Positions 28,933 to 38,187 are shown, counted from the first letter of the stretch. The stretch: DNA of 64,000 nucleotides from a virus (IMGVR_UViG_3300037249_000354:557-64556), one strand, 5' to 3'. Program-made: numbers and translations. The notes: generated by a model not told the origin, from the letters alone.

Positions 28933-29139
28933 TTATGCTACCTGCTCCCACGTCAATCCTAAAATATTATGTAGCCGCCTGCTTTTTGCTTTGCGTGCTC
29001 CTGGTGCCCATATATCTGCTGTTAATTTTTGCCAACGTGTCAAGTTTTTCCATTTTTCCCTGAGTTCCTGTTTAGTTAAGCAGGAATGAAAATATAGGCC
29101 GTGTTTGTTATATCCTCCGTAACTTATGCTGTATACCAT
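28933..29139 (-). CDS. hypothetical early protein
   Basis: 68-aa ORF, GGAGGG RBS. Confidence 0.65.
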   Translation of the reverse strand: MVYSISYGGYNKHGLYFHSCLTKQELREKWKNLTRWQKLTADIWAPGARKAKSRRLHNILGLTWEQVA

Positions 29140-29317
29140 TCTCAGTCCCTCCCTGCTGTGCAGAAAAAGTCATCATTACCAAACTCATAACATTCATGTT
29201 CCCTGATTACTTCATCACGACTTACAAAAGAAAATGGGGCTGCTAACTCTTAATAACTTGTACCTTCTCCGCGCTCGGCGTTTTTCTCATCGTAAACGCT
29301 CATTTTTTCAAACCTCC

Positions 29318-29713
29318 TCAAATGTCATATACTCCTGCATTTTCCTGCCTTGCTAATATAGCCGCTTCATAGTCCGGTTCATTCTCTTCGTATAGCTTTG
29401 TCCTCCTCCTGGGTTTGTCCTTTATTGATACACGCTCTATTTTTATATCTTTGCACTCATCGCCTATTGTTGACAACTTGCCAGTCTTGCCAGCGTCCAC
29501 GATTTCCCTAAATCTGCATTTGCATCCATCTAAACCAAACTCGATAAAAGCATTTTTTAAGCTATCAAAAATTATCTGCTTATATTTTGCTCTCCAAAAA
29601 GTATTATTATCTAATAAAATGTTTTCTGTTTCAGCCCTGAGAAGTCCCTCGGCGTTGCCAGTGCGGTACAGATCATTAAAATATTTTTTGTCGATATATT
29701 CCCATCTTGCCAT
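29318..29713 (-). CDS. hypothetical early protein
   Basis: 131-aa ORF, AAGGAG RBS. Confidence 0.65.
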   Translation of the reverse strand: MARWEYIDKKYFNDLYRTGNAEGLLRAETENILLDNNTFWRAKYKQIIFDSLKNAFIEFGLDGCKCRFREIVDAGKTGKLSTIGDECKDIKIERVSIKDKPRRRTKLYEENEPDYEAAILARQENAGVYDI

Positions 29714-29718
29714 TGTAA

Positions 29719-29940
29719 TTACTCTCCTTCAATCTCGTGAAATACATCCCGGCAATAGTCCCAAAGTAAATCAATATACATTTCATCACTTGTAAATTCA
29801 AAACAAGTCTCTAACGCCGCCATATAGCCATGTTCCTTGGCTTCCCAACATTCTTTGTCATCTTTTGTTGGTGCGCTGTGTATGCGCTCGCTGTAATACC
29901 TGATTTTCTTTAAATGCTTTTCTAATTCCAACAGTCTCAT
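29719..29940 (-). CDS. hypothetical early protein
   Basis: 73-aa ORF with purine-rich RBS. Confidence 0.65.
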   Translation of the reverse strand: MRLLELEKHLKKIRYYSERIHSAPTKDDKECWEAKEHGYMAALETCFEFTSDEMYIDLLWDYCRDVFHEIEGE

Positions 29941-30046
29941 TTTTTCTTCTCCCTTCTCCTTAACCTAGCTGCTCACGCCGCCCCTGCCTGCTTCCCAGCT
30001 TCACGGCTTGCAATGTCAAGCAAGGGCGGCGGCTTGTGCTAGTTAC

Positions 30047-30739
30047 TCACTCTTTCACAAATTCGTAAATGTCGCTTGTCTTTGTCCAGTGAAGATGTGT
30101 CATCTTATAGCCTAAACCGTTCAGGATTCCTGCCTGACTATTAAAGCCAACACCACCTTCAAAATATGGTAGCGTGCTGTAACCGCATCCATAACCAATA
30201 TATTCTCTGTATCCTTCTCCCTTCTCTATTGCTTCATTCGCCTTTAATGCAAGCTCTTTCAGTAAAGCATTGATCCGGTTGAAAGCATCCGCTATTGCTG
30301 TGCTTTCCTTGTCATAGCCGCATCCGCCGGTACGGTCGCTCTTAAAAATTTCTGTGCAATAATCTGTGTAGGTTACTTTAATTTCTGCTTTACACTGATT
30401 GGATTGCATATTTCCGCGCCGCCAGTCAGTAGCAACAACAATCCTTTTAATTTCCCTATCATCCTTAAAAATAGCGTTCAGTCTGTCAACTTCTTTCGCT
30501 TTATGAGTTTTGTTTATCCGCTTCACAATATTTTCGGCGTAGTGTTCAATAGTAAATCTTCCGGCGTTAATCTTTCCTTTCTCAAACTCCGTCAAAAATT
30601 CGCTATCCTTGTTATGTGTCTCTTTCTCCACCTTCTCGATATACTCCGCTTCGACTTTCTTTGCTAAGGCTGGTGCCTGCGCTTTTGCCTTTTCGCTCAC
30701 CTTTTTGATGTTTGCAATAGTTAATACTTTCATTTTCAT
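30047..30739 (-). CDS. hypothetical early protein
   Basis: 230 aa; contains RTGGCGYDKESTAIA and YGCGYSTLPYFEGGVG conserved-looking motifs. Confidence 0.75.
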   Translation of the reverse strand: MKMKVLTIANIKKVSEKAKAQAPALAKKVEAEYIEKVEKETHNKDSEFLTEFEKGKINAGRFTIEHYAENIVKRINKTHKAKEVDRLNAIFKDDREIKRIVVATDWRRGNMQSNQCKAEIKVTYTDYCTEIFKSDRTGGCGYDKESTAIADAFNRINALLKELALKANEAIEKGEGYREYIGYGCGYSTLPYFEGGVGFNSQAGILNGLGYKMTHLHWTKTSDIYEFVKE

Positions 30740-30972
30740 TTCCTCCCTTTTAAGAGCTCTGCAAATTTATCCTCAATATAAAGCATCGTTGGCATGGTAA
30801 CTAAGATATAAAGCATCTGCGCCCCGGTCGTGTTCGCCCATTTTTGAAGCATATTTGTTACTGTGTTGTCATAGTATGCAGCTATAAGCAAAAAACCTGC
30901 CGCCCACATAATTAACATCATGATTGTTATTGTCCAGTAGATTTTATTTTTCATTTTGTGTGCTCCTCTCAA
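30736..30972 (-). CDS. small membrane protein (two TM segments)
   Basis: Hydrophobic segments; overlaps the neighbouring start/stop. Confidence 0.6.
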   Translation of the reverse strand: MRGAHKMKNKIYWTITIMMLIMWAAGFLLIAAYYDNTVTNMLQKWANTTGAQMLYILVTMPTMLYIEDKFAELLKGRK

Positions 30973-31307
30973 ATATCAACATAAATTCTTTTATCCTCTT
31001 TTTCATAAACGATTCTTTTAACCTTTACACATTTATAATTTTTACTTGTCTCTATCAATCCGTTATCCATCCAAAATTCTTTGTCATGGCTCTTTCTAAA
31101 AGCTCTTTCCGCTTTTTGTACTGACCACCGGGCTATTTTCCCATGAGTGTAAATAGTATTTGTTTCGGCGTCGTATCTGACGCCGTCAGAAAACTGTATT
31201 AAGTTGTTGCTGTCATAAGTTACAGCCTGGCTATCTATCTTGTAGATTCCTGCCACCATAACAGTCAAGGCCATTACCACCAAGATGATTGACTTTTTCA
31301 TTTTCAA
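30969..31307 (-). CDS. secreted/membrane-anchored hypothetical protein
   Basis: Signal-peptide-like MKMKKSIILVVMALTVMVAG. Confidence 0.65.
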   Translation of the reverse strand: MKMKKSIILVVMALTVMVAGIYKIDSQAVTYDSNNLIQFSDGVRYDAETNTIYTHGKIARWSVQKAERAFRKSHDKEFWMDNGLIETSKNYKCVKVKRIVYEKEDKRIYVDI

Positions 31308-31370
31308 GCTCTCCCTTCTTTATCAGCAGGGAGATTTTTCTCCCTGCTCTCCTGTGCTCCTGCGTTTGCT

Positions 31371-31610
31371 TCAAATCTCTTTCCATCCCATCTTCCCGGC
31401 GCAAGCATCTAAAGCTTTTTGTGCGCTTTCGTTATCAAACCAAGATGTTTCTCCAAGTATTTTTGCTATTGCGTGTTGGCTTGTTACTATCCAATAGCAA
31501 TATTCTTTTTTTTGCCAGTCGCTCAGTCTAATCATCTCAATTTGTTTCCAGCAATTCGCTCCAAGGCTTCCAACCTTGTAAACCTTTTGCCCGTCTGTAT
31601 ATGCTTTCAT
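31371..31610 (-). CDS. hypothetical early protein flanked by 15-bp direct repeats
   Basis: 79-aa ORF, GGAGGAAGG RBS. Confidence 0.65.
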   Translation of the reverse strand: MKAYTDGQKVYKVGSLGANCWKQIEMIRLSDWQKKEYCYWIVTSQHAIAKILGETSWFDNESAQKALDACAGKMGWKEI

Positions 31611-31781
31611 TTTTCCTTCCTCCTGTGCTCCTGCTCTCCTGCTCGGCTTGTTTTGCTGCTCTCCTCATCCTCCCCGCCGTTACCGCCGCGGTCGCCGTGT
31701 TGTGTCAAGGCTGCCTGCCTAAGTTTAATTTGTCAATCCTTATTGACTAGGTTTATGTTGTATATCCCTTTCGTTATCTAT

Positions 31782-31810
31782 AGTATAGCTTAAAGGGTTT
31801 ATAATGTCAA
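31782..31810 (-). promoter_or_regulatory. strong sigma70-type promoter of the early accessory operon
   Basis: TTGACA-17 nt-TATACT with an AT-rich upstream region. Confidence 0.85.
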
Positions 31811-31859
31811 TCCCTAAAATATAAAATCTTAGATATTTTTTTCCTTCATTATATATACC

Positions 31860-31884
31860 AAAAAGCAGGGGATTATTCCCTGCT
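31860..31884 (-). terminator. terminator after 31873-32280
   Basis: AGCAGGG/CCCTGCT stem plus TTTTT. Confidence 0.7.
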
Positions 31885-32280
31885 TGTGATAAGTATATAG
31901 GCCGCATCATATCTATCTTTTATTATTGATAGCATTTGGCGTATTGGCGTTTTTTCCTTCTCTAGCACTCTGATAGTGCGCTTGGTTCGGTCGCTGTCTT
32001 TCTTCGCGCGACCTTCTGGCGGTGTCCCTAGCTGCGCCAGTAACAGAAGGCCATCACTAAAATCATCCTTGAGAATGGCGGCGTATTTTAATATTAGCTT
32101 GTATTCTGGTTCGGTCGCTACAAAAGAAATCATTTTTCTAAGCTCCTGGCCGGGAATAGCTTTCCGTCCGGTCGCGTGCTTATTCCCCTTGTTTCCTGGG
32201 TTCCCGTTCCTGCGGTCTGGCGTTCCATCTTTCTTTAGCCGCTTGCCAGTAATGTCCGTATTCTGCTCTGTCTCTCTCAT
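31873..32280 (-). CDS. basic DNA-binding protein with two ribbon-helix-helix-like halves
   Basis: Start MRETEQ; RKMISFVATEPEYKLILKYA and KRTIRVLEKEKTPIRQML segments. Confidence 0.55.
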   Translation of the reverse strand: MRETEQNTDITGKRLKKDGTPDRRNGNPGNKGNKHATGRKAIPGQELRKMISFVATEPEYKLILKYAAILKDDFSDGLLLLAQLGTPPEGRAKKDSDRTKRTIRVLEKEKTPIRQMLSIIKDRYDAAYILITSRE

Positions 32281-32497
32281 CGTTGCTTGCTCTCCCTTCT
32301 CCTGCTCCTGCTCCTTTGCTCCTGCTGGTGCTGGTGGTGGTGGTGGCGTGGTCGTGGCCGTGATCTCCTGGACGGCCTGGGCTGGCATCCAAAAACCTAC
32401 CTACCTAGTAGGTGGTAGGGTGGTGGCAGCCCCGGCGCGGGCGTGGCGGAACAACGGCGGCACCCTCGCACACACGCCCTGCCACACCTCACGCCCT

Positions 32498-32723
32498 TAC
32501 CGCTGATATTGCCCCCTCGCTCTAAAATTTTGGGTGCTACCGCTGATATTGCAAATCTCTCAAAAACTTGAGAGGTTCTGGGCGTTTTCGGCTCTACCGC
32601 TGATATTGCGCCCACTCTCAAAACTTTAGGCGGCTTCTCACACTCCCACGCTGATATTGCGCCGCTAGAAAAACTTGGTGGATGTTGCAAAATCCGCAAC
32701 GCCCACTCACGCTCATATCTGCG
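32498..32723. repeat. irregularly spaced direct repeats (TACCGCTGATATTGC core, often followed by a CTCAAAAC-like motif)
   Basis: Exact cores at 32498, 32538 and 32595; degenerate copies at ~32647 and ~32708. Confidence 0.85.
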
Positions 32724-32979
32724 CCGTATCCAGCTTGACGGCATAACGGCGTTCATTGCCGTTCTCCCATCCCTTATCCCACTTCCATGAGATAATGCGC
32801 CCAGAACGCTTGAGAACGCCCAGAAGCTCCTCCCGTGTCCACGACAGCACCACTTGCACCGTGACTTCGCCCTGCGGCACAAGGCAACCATGCTCTGCCG
32901 TCACCGCCTTAATCACATCACGCCATGTTTTCTCAGCCCGCACTTCAATGGGCTGTTCTTTCAACTTTCGTCCTGCCAT
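32713..32979 (-). CDS. hypothetical protein
   Basis: 88-aa ORF, AGGAG RBS. Confidence 0.6.
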   Translation of the reverse strand: MAGRKLKEQPIEVRAEKTWRDVIKAVTAEHGCLVPQGEVTVQVVLSWTREELLGVLKRSGRIISWKWDKGWENGNERRYAVKLDTAQI

Positions 32980-32991
32980 TGCCTTGCTCTC

Positions 32992-33192
32992 CTATGCCAT
33001 TCTCTGCCTACGCTTTTCTTCACGCCACTCTGCTTCATCTTTCTCTGTGACAAGCCCACGGCTTACATAATCATCGAGAAATGCCTGGCTTACATCTGCT
33101 CTGCGCCCCATCTGGCATCTGTTGCGCCCTGATGGATGCTTCTCGGCGTACTCTCTCTCGGCTTTCTCCGTCCACACCAACATTTCTTTCAC
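32992..33192 (-). CDS. hypothetical protein
   Basis: 66-aa ORF; start could be 33183. Confidence 0.55.
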   Translation of the reverse strand: MKEMLVWTEKAEREYAEKHPSGRNRCQMGRRADVSQAFLDDYVSRGLVTEKDEAEWREEKRRQRMA

Positions 33193-33602
33193 CCTCCTGC
33201 ATTGTAAATCAGTCTAAAACATATATATTTATCTGTTGGTTAGAGTATATCAAATTCAGTCTAAAATAGCAATACTTATTTTGAACTATTAAATATTTCT
33301 TAAACGTTCAAATCAGCAGTCGGATGCAGGTTTACTCGCATGGCCATGGGCGTGGGCGTGCCTCCGCTGAATTGGAATTTATTGACAGAAACAATATTTT
33401 CTTAGCATGGTTTAGAAGTTTACCCTGGGAGTGCCTTGCTCTTGAATTGCATCCCTACCACCAAAACCACCTCTGAATCAATCCATTTCGATTGACAGAT
33501 GGCAGGTGGGTTGAATTGCGAAGCGAATCACTCTCTCAGAAGCCACCAGATGCCCTCAGAACGGCGATAGGGTGCAGGGCTATACCAACATATAGGCAAT
33601 AG

Positions 33603-33626
33603 AAAAGCAGGGCTTGTTTGCCCTGC
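33603..33626 (-). terminator. terminator at the end of the main early operon
   Basis: GCAGGGC/GCCCTGC stem followed by TTTT on the minus strand. Confidence 0.75.
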
Positions 33627-33633
33627 CTATGAA

Positions 33634-34347
33634 TCAAAGTTTCTTTATAGCTTCAACCCACTCTAATGTATCTTGAATATCTCTCCGTGTCTTGTCTATG
33701 TCATGCAAATATATATCAACCCTCCCGTACTTTAGCCTGGTGATAGAGCATATCTTATTTTTACTAACACCTTTATCACGCAACTCTAGCACCTTCTTTT
33801 TGTGATAAGCCGAAAAGAAATCCACAACCCTTGACTTCATCATCCCGTCATACAACGGATAATATTCTTTCATATAGGCAAATATGTTTGCATACATACA
33901 CATATTCTTATTGCCACCGAAAACAAAATCCTCTTTGTAAAACCTCTTAATGAACTCATACGCTAACTTTTCTTTTTCGATAAACCTATCAGTCTCAATT
34001 TCTTTTCCTATCAATGCTCTTTTGCTTTCGTTATCACCCTTTGCTTTTTCTATTTCTTCGTGGCACGGCCTACATAGTGTAATCAAATCCTTATAAACAT
34101 CCTCGTGCCCTAATGTGTCATAATTGAGATGATGAACCTGTAAGCAATAAGAATATCCGCACCGCTGGCATTTATAATTATCTATTTTAAGTCTTTCACT
34201 GCGTTTCTTTTGCCACTCAGGGCTTTTAAGATACTTCTCGTATCTCTCCCTATACCCATCTTCCTCTACAATCTCTTTAGCGTTTTCACTGAACACACTA
34301 AGAGCCTGGCATAAAGCCTCTGCCTGCTTCTCTGTAAATTCTCCCAT
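33634..34347 (-). CDS. HNH endonuclease
   Basis: YLKSPEWQKKR...CQRCG...QVHHLNY...LITLCRPCH. Confidence 0.88.
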   Translation of the reverse strand: MGEFTEKQAEALCQALSVFSENAKEIVEEDGYRERYEKYLKSPEWQKKRSERLKIDNYKCQRCGYSYCLQVHHLNYDTLGHEDVYKDLITLCRPCHEEIEKAKGDNESKRALIGKEIETDRFIEKEKLAYEFIKRFYKEDFVFGGNKNMCMYANIFAYMKEYYPLYDGMMKSRVVDFFSAYHKKKVLELRDKGVSKNKICSITRLKYGRVDIYLHDIDKTRRDIQDTLEWVEAIKKL

Positions 34348-34350
34348 ACC

Positions 34351-34551
34351 TCACACCTCCATCAACGCCCTGCGATTCCACCGCTGAACCGATGCACTCT
34401 GCGTTACTGGCACTCCTGCCTTGGTGCTGAACTGCACCGTAGCACCACACTCACACTCAAAGTATGTGTACTCTGTGCCATCTGGCTCATAAACTGTGTG
34501 CATGGACACCTCATGCTCACCGCAGAATGGGCATCGTACTAATCTCTGCAT
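34351..34551 (-). CDS. Lar-like (restriction alleviation) Zn-ribbon protein
   Basis: LVRCPFCG...ECECGA...WNRR. Confidence 0.75.
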   Translation of the reverse strand: MQRLVRCPFCGEHEVSMHTVYEPDGTEYTYFECECGATVQFSTKAGVPVTQSASVQRWNRRALMEV

Positions 34552-34901
34552 TATCTTGCCTCCCTTGCAATATCACATTCTTCTGCCACCATGCGAATCT
34601 CAGACGTAATCCGCACCAACGCATTGCGTAGCCATGTGAGAGACACCTGCTTACCTGTAGGGATAGCTACTGGCTGAACCCTAGCCAACAGCGATAAATC
34701 ACTACTCATCATGTACGCCAATTCATTCATGCGCTGAATCATGTCTATCAGCCACGCTTCATTGTTATGCTTTCGCATGAACTCAACCCTATCTTCCCAA
34801 ATCAAATCTGTCCAGCAGATGTTTTGCGCCCTGCCATCACGCATTACTCTAAAATAGATGTTATCTAAATGTCTACGCTTCAAGGTAAATCCTCCCTGCA
34901 C
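34551..34901 (-). CDS. hypothetical protein
   Basis: 116-aa ORF in tightly packed operon (start approximate). Confidence 0.6.
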   Translation of the reverse strand: MQGGFTLKRRHLDNIYFRVMRDGRAQNICWTDLIWEDRVEFMRKHNNEAWLIDMIQRMNELAYMMSSDLSLLARVQPVAIPTGKQVSLTWLRNALVRITSEIRMVAEECDIAREAR

Positions 34902-35260
34902 ATTGCCATATACCTGCCATACGACAATCCCATTTCTTTCGCCCTTCTCAGCTTCTCAGCAATACTTGTGCTGTGATACTTCTGCATTAGTTTTTTGAAG
35001 TAGTTCTCTTTTGCTAACTCGCTCTTTTTCTGTACTCGCCTTGCGTTCCTTGCCTTGTCCGGGAACTTACTTTTCAGCTTCATGCGTATGCTATGAGTAG
35101 CCTTGTACTCTGCATACGCACTCTCATCTGAACGAATTTCCCTGTACAGCTTGGTTTCACTTACTCCACACTGAACTGCTGCATCCCTCAGCGACATTCT
35201 GCCAGACGAACACAACGCCTTGGCTTCGCTGAGAGTGTAAATTACCTTTTCTCTATCCAT
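34880..35260 (-). CDS. HTH DNA-binding protein
   Basis: MSLRDAAVQCGVSETKLYREI; C-terminal RAKEMGLSYGRYMA. Confidence 0.7.
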   Translation of the reverse strand: MDREKVIYTLSEAKALCSSGRMSLRDAAVQCGVSETKLYREIRSDESAYAEYKATHSIRMKLKSKFPDKARNARRVQKKSELAKENYFKKLMQKYHSTSIAEKLRRAKEMGLSYGRYMAMCREDLP

Positions 35261-35287
35261 CGGATTGCCCTGCTCCTTTCAGGTTAC

Positions 35288-35497
35288 TTACTCTAACCCT
35301 CCATGTTTCTGCAACCGCTTCACAATACCAACGTATTGTAGAGTTAATTCATTCACCTGCCCATACAGCTCTTTGAGCTGAGTTTCCTGCTTTACAATCG
35401 TTTCGTTAGCTTCGACTAAACGATAATGTGTTACGCCCAAGCCAACCGCCAAGGCAATGCACAGGCACGACAACGCCACCACGATTTTATTTTTCAT
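35288..35497 (-). CDS. membrane-anchored coiled-coil protein
   Basis: N-terminal TM segment followed by heptads. Confidence 0.65.
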   Translation of the reverse strand: MKNKIVVALSCLCIALAVGLGVTHYRLVEANETIVKQETQLKELYGQVNELTLQYVGIVKRLQKHGGLE

Positions 35498-35568
35498 GCT
35501 CTACCTCCAAAAGGTTTATTTTTCCCTAAATAATGAACCTATTCGCTAAAAAAGTTTATTGAATAACC

Positions 35569-35964
35569 TCATTCCGTCAACTCCCCCCATTTAATTTTCC
35601 CTTTTCTGCACCACTCGATAGCCTCAGCCATCGTGCTACCTGCCATCAGGCCACCAGCATCATCAGAGTACAGCCAAGCAATAGCCCCCTTGTTAATGTC
35701 CTCCACGGAGTACGGAGAGTTTATATGCCCATCACAGGGACGGCGAATCCACCAATGAGATTCAAATGCAATCTTGCGAATATGTCCATATCCATCACGC
35801 AAAGGCTCATCGTCTTTCTGTTCGTAAGGCGGCTCTGCGTTGTGCTCATATGGTCTATCGTTCCAGTCATCACCAACTTGGTTTTTAAAGTTGTCGGTAA
35901 AGTACATGATATTCTCATCGACATAGCACAGCCGAAACTCTTTATCCTTCTTTGCCATCTTCAT
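35569..35964 (-). CDS. hypothetical protein
   Basis: GDDWNDRPYEHNAEPPY and NSPYSVEDINKGAIAWL motifs. Confidence 0.75.
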   Translation of the reverse strand: MKMAKKDKEFRLCYVDENIMYFTDNFKNQVGDDWNDRPYEHNAEPPYEQKDDEPLRDGYGHIRKIAFESHWWIRRPCDGHINSPYSVEDINKGAIAWLYSDDAGGLMAGSTMAEAIEWCRKGKIKWGELTE

Positions 35965-36083
35965 TCACCTCACGCTCTGCTTCAAGCCAGCACTCCCACG
36001 CGTAATCGAAGCACTCGTTTCAACGTATTCCAGAAAATCCGCTAATTCTTTATTGCTCATACTCGCAAGCCACTCACGATTAG

Positions 36084-36275
36084 TCATCGTCCTTTCCTCC
36101 GTTTTTCCAGTTCCTTCAGCAAATCCAACAGCTCGACTTTATCTAAATCGTCAAGCTCAATCATGCCCTCGCCGTATGAGCGTTCAAGCGTATCAATCCA
36201 GTTTTCAAGCGTTCTACCGATTTCCGTTATCGTCACTACGCCCATCTTCTTTGTTCGTACTCTCTCCATGCTCAC
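36084..36275 (-). CDS. hypothetical protein
   Basis: 63-aa ORF. Confidence 0.55.
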   Translation of the reverse strand: MSMERVRTKKMGVVTITEIGRTLENWIDTLERSYGEGMIELDDLDKVELLDLLKELEKRRKGR

Positions 36276-36426
36276 ACCTCATCACAGCCCAAATAAACAG
36301 AATACCCATCATTACAATCCATTCACCCCTGAAAAACTCAATGTCAGGGCAAAACCAAAAGCAAAGCACCATGCCCATAAGTATGCCAGCGCACAGATAC
36401 CAGGCGTTATTCTCTGTCCTTGTCAT
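36214..36426 (-). CDS. small membrane protein
   Basis: Two hydrophobic segments. Confidence 0.45.
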   Translation of the reverse strand: MTRTENNAWYLCAGILMGMVLCFWFCPDIEFFRGEWIVMMGILFIWAVMRCEHGESTNKEDGRSDDNGNR

Positions 36427-36576
36427 CCGATGCCTCCAAAATCACTTTACACTCACACCCATGCCCATTATGACGAAACCAAATATCGACAACATTATGC
36501 CATTTGCCCTGGTGGGCAACTACAATCTCTGAATCCATGTCATACTCAAGTAACTTAGTTATCAGCTCTTTTGTTG

Positions 36577-37116
36577 TCACTTCTCGTCCCCCGCAATCTC
36601 AGCCCTGCCCGTGAGTAAGTCCCTCAACACAAAAGTGTCCACATCAACATAAGGATTTTCATATGCACCCATCAACCAAAGCCCACTCAGCATAAACATT
36701 GCATCAAATTTTTCATTGTCCATGCGTATCGTAAACCTTTCATCCAACTCCTTACCGAACATTTTGGCAATCTGCTCCATCTTGTTTTTCTGTGATTGTT
36801 TCTTGCGGTTTACATCGTCTAAATGGTCTAACCATTGTTGTACTCTAAAACTTGGTATAAGTCTAGTATTGCCAAACATATAAACCTGTTTACTATCATA
36901 GAATCCGTAGTGCTTTTCAAATTCTTCCCATGTATCAGGAAATGCCATTTGATTTGACGCTACTTCTATCATTTTATTTTTAGTTTCTGAATGCCCATCA
37001 TTTGCAAATGTTAATAATTTATCTCGTAAATACTCTCTATTAAATCCTCCATATTTAGCTAACAAATCAATTATTTCTTCAAGTTTATTCTCTGCCATCT
37101 TTAGCCCACTCCCCAT
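36577..37116 (-). CDS. hypothetical protein
   Basis: 179-aa ORF; likely start MAENK. Confidence 0.65.
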   Translation of the reverse strand: MGSGLKMAENKLEEIIDLLAKYGGFNREYLRDKLLTFANDGHSETKNKMIEVASNQMAFPDTWEEFEKHYGFYDSKQVYMFGNTRLIPSFRVQQWLDHLDDVNRKKQSQKNKMEQIAKMFGKELDERFTIRMDNEKFDAMFMLSGLWLMGAYENPYVDVDTFVLRDLLTGRAEIAGDEK

Positions 37117-37342
37117 TCATCATCAAAAGGGACTTTTCTTTTCTTAACCTTTGAATTGCCGATTTGTGCATTGCAATCCTGTTTTCGTGAAAGGCAATCT
37201 CTAATGTTATATCTTTAATCCGACTTATAACCTCTGTTTTATTCTCTTCCATTTTTCCATCCTCCGCCTCTATACAATACCAGTCCGATTGTTACTACCA
37301 TTATTATTGCAAATAATATACAAATCAGTGTCTCTGCCATCG

Positions 37343-37756
37343 TCATTCACCTCCTTCTAAAATTTCGTCTAAAACAAGACTTAGCTTCCTGCAATTATCG
37401 CTTGAGTTTTGCATTAGACGATTTATATTTATTTTCGGGATTTTGGTCATTATCTTTCGCGCGGTGTCTTTCTGTGCCGTATACGAATTAACCATTTCTC
37501 TAATCTCTTCATTGTCAACCAATACACGGTGATAGTTTCTGCTAAAAGAATCTCTACCGTACTCATATCCGTCTTTTGAGTATCTTAAGCCGTTGTCTAA
37601 TGTTACATAACCCATTTTCGGCGACACGCTTTTCACTAAGCACGTTTCAAAAGACTGTAATTCACCGTAGTTTATAGTTGCGACAACAACTATATCCCCT
37701 TTCTGTGCATTTTTGAAATCGTACTCCTGAAGGTCGTTAATATTTATCTCTGCCAT
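37343..37756 (-). CDS. hypothetical protein (beta-barrel-like)
   Basis: Start MAEIN after GGAGGG; VKSVSPKMGYVTLDNGLRYSKDG. Confidence 0.65.
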   Translation of the reverse strand: MAEININDLQEYDFKNAQKGDIVVVATINYGELQSFETCLVKSVSPKMGYVTLDNGLRYSKDGYEYGRDSFSRNYHRVLVDNEEIREMVNSYTAQKDTARKIMTKIPKININRLMQNSSDNCRKLSLVLDEILEGGE

Positions 37757-37881
37757 TGTCAGCCCTCCTATCAACAAAATACTCGCACGCCGCATCGTCT
37801 GGGTCACGCTCTGTATAAAGCGGTAATGTCACACAGTATGGCGAACCATCTTCTTTTTCCAAAAACACGCAATCACCGCAT

Positions 37882-38187
37882 TTATTTGCCATCGTCAGCC
37901 CTCCTGTTCCAGGCTTCTATTGCTTCTTCTTCGGTTTCACATTGCTTTCCTTGAGAAAAGCATTTTTTACAGTAACAGACCATACCACCGAAATTACCGA
38001 CATCAACATCGGCTTCTCCTCCGCAGAAAGGACATGGCTTAATCTTTACGGTATGTGCCTGTTTATCTTCCCATCTAGCTGGAACAACACCAATCATTAT
38101 GCCTCTAACATATAATGGGCAACCACAACAACTATCGTAATTACTACACTCTTTAACAATCTTCTCCACTGCTTCTATCTTAGTCAT
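37882..38187 (-). CDS. protein with C-terminal Lar-like domain
   Basis: IKPCPFCGGEA...CKKC...EEEAIEAWNRR. Confidence 0.75.
   Translation of the reverse strand: MTKIEAVEKIVKECSNYDSCCGCPLYVRGIMIGVVPARWEDKQAHTVKIKPCPFCGGEADVDVGNFGGMVCYCKKCFSQGKQCETEEEAIEAWNRRADDGK

Noticed and set aside
32617-32624. Self-targeting by the array (spacer CTCAAAAC matches the 32.6-kb repeats)
   Set aside because: A single 8-mer match is expected by chance in 64 kb, and I found no adjacent match for the paired spacer. A systematic paired search is still needed.
32498-32723. Mini-CRISPR array
   Set aside because: The core is only 15 bp, spacing is irregular (40-60 bp), it is not palindromic, and intervening sequences are partly conserved.
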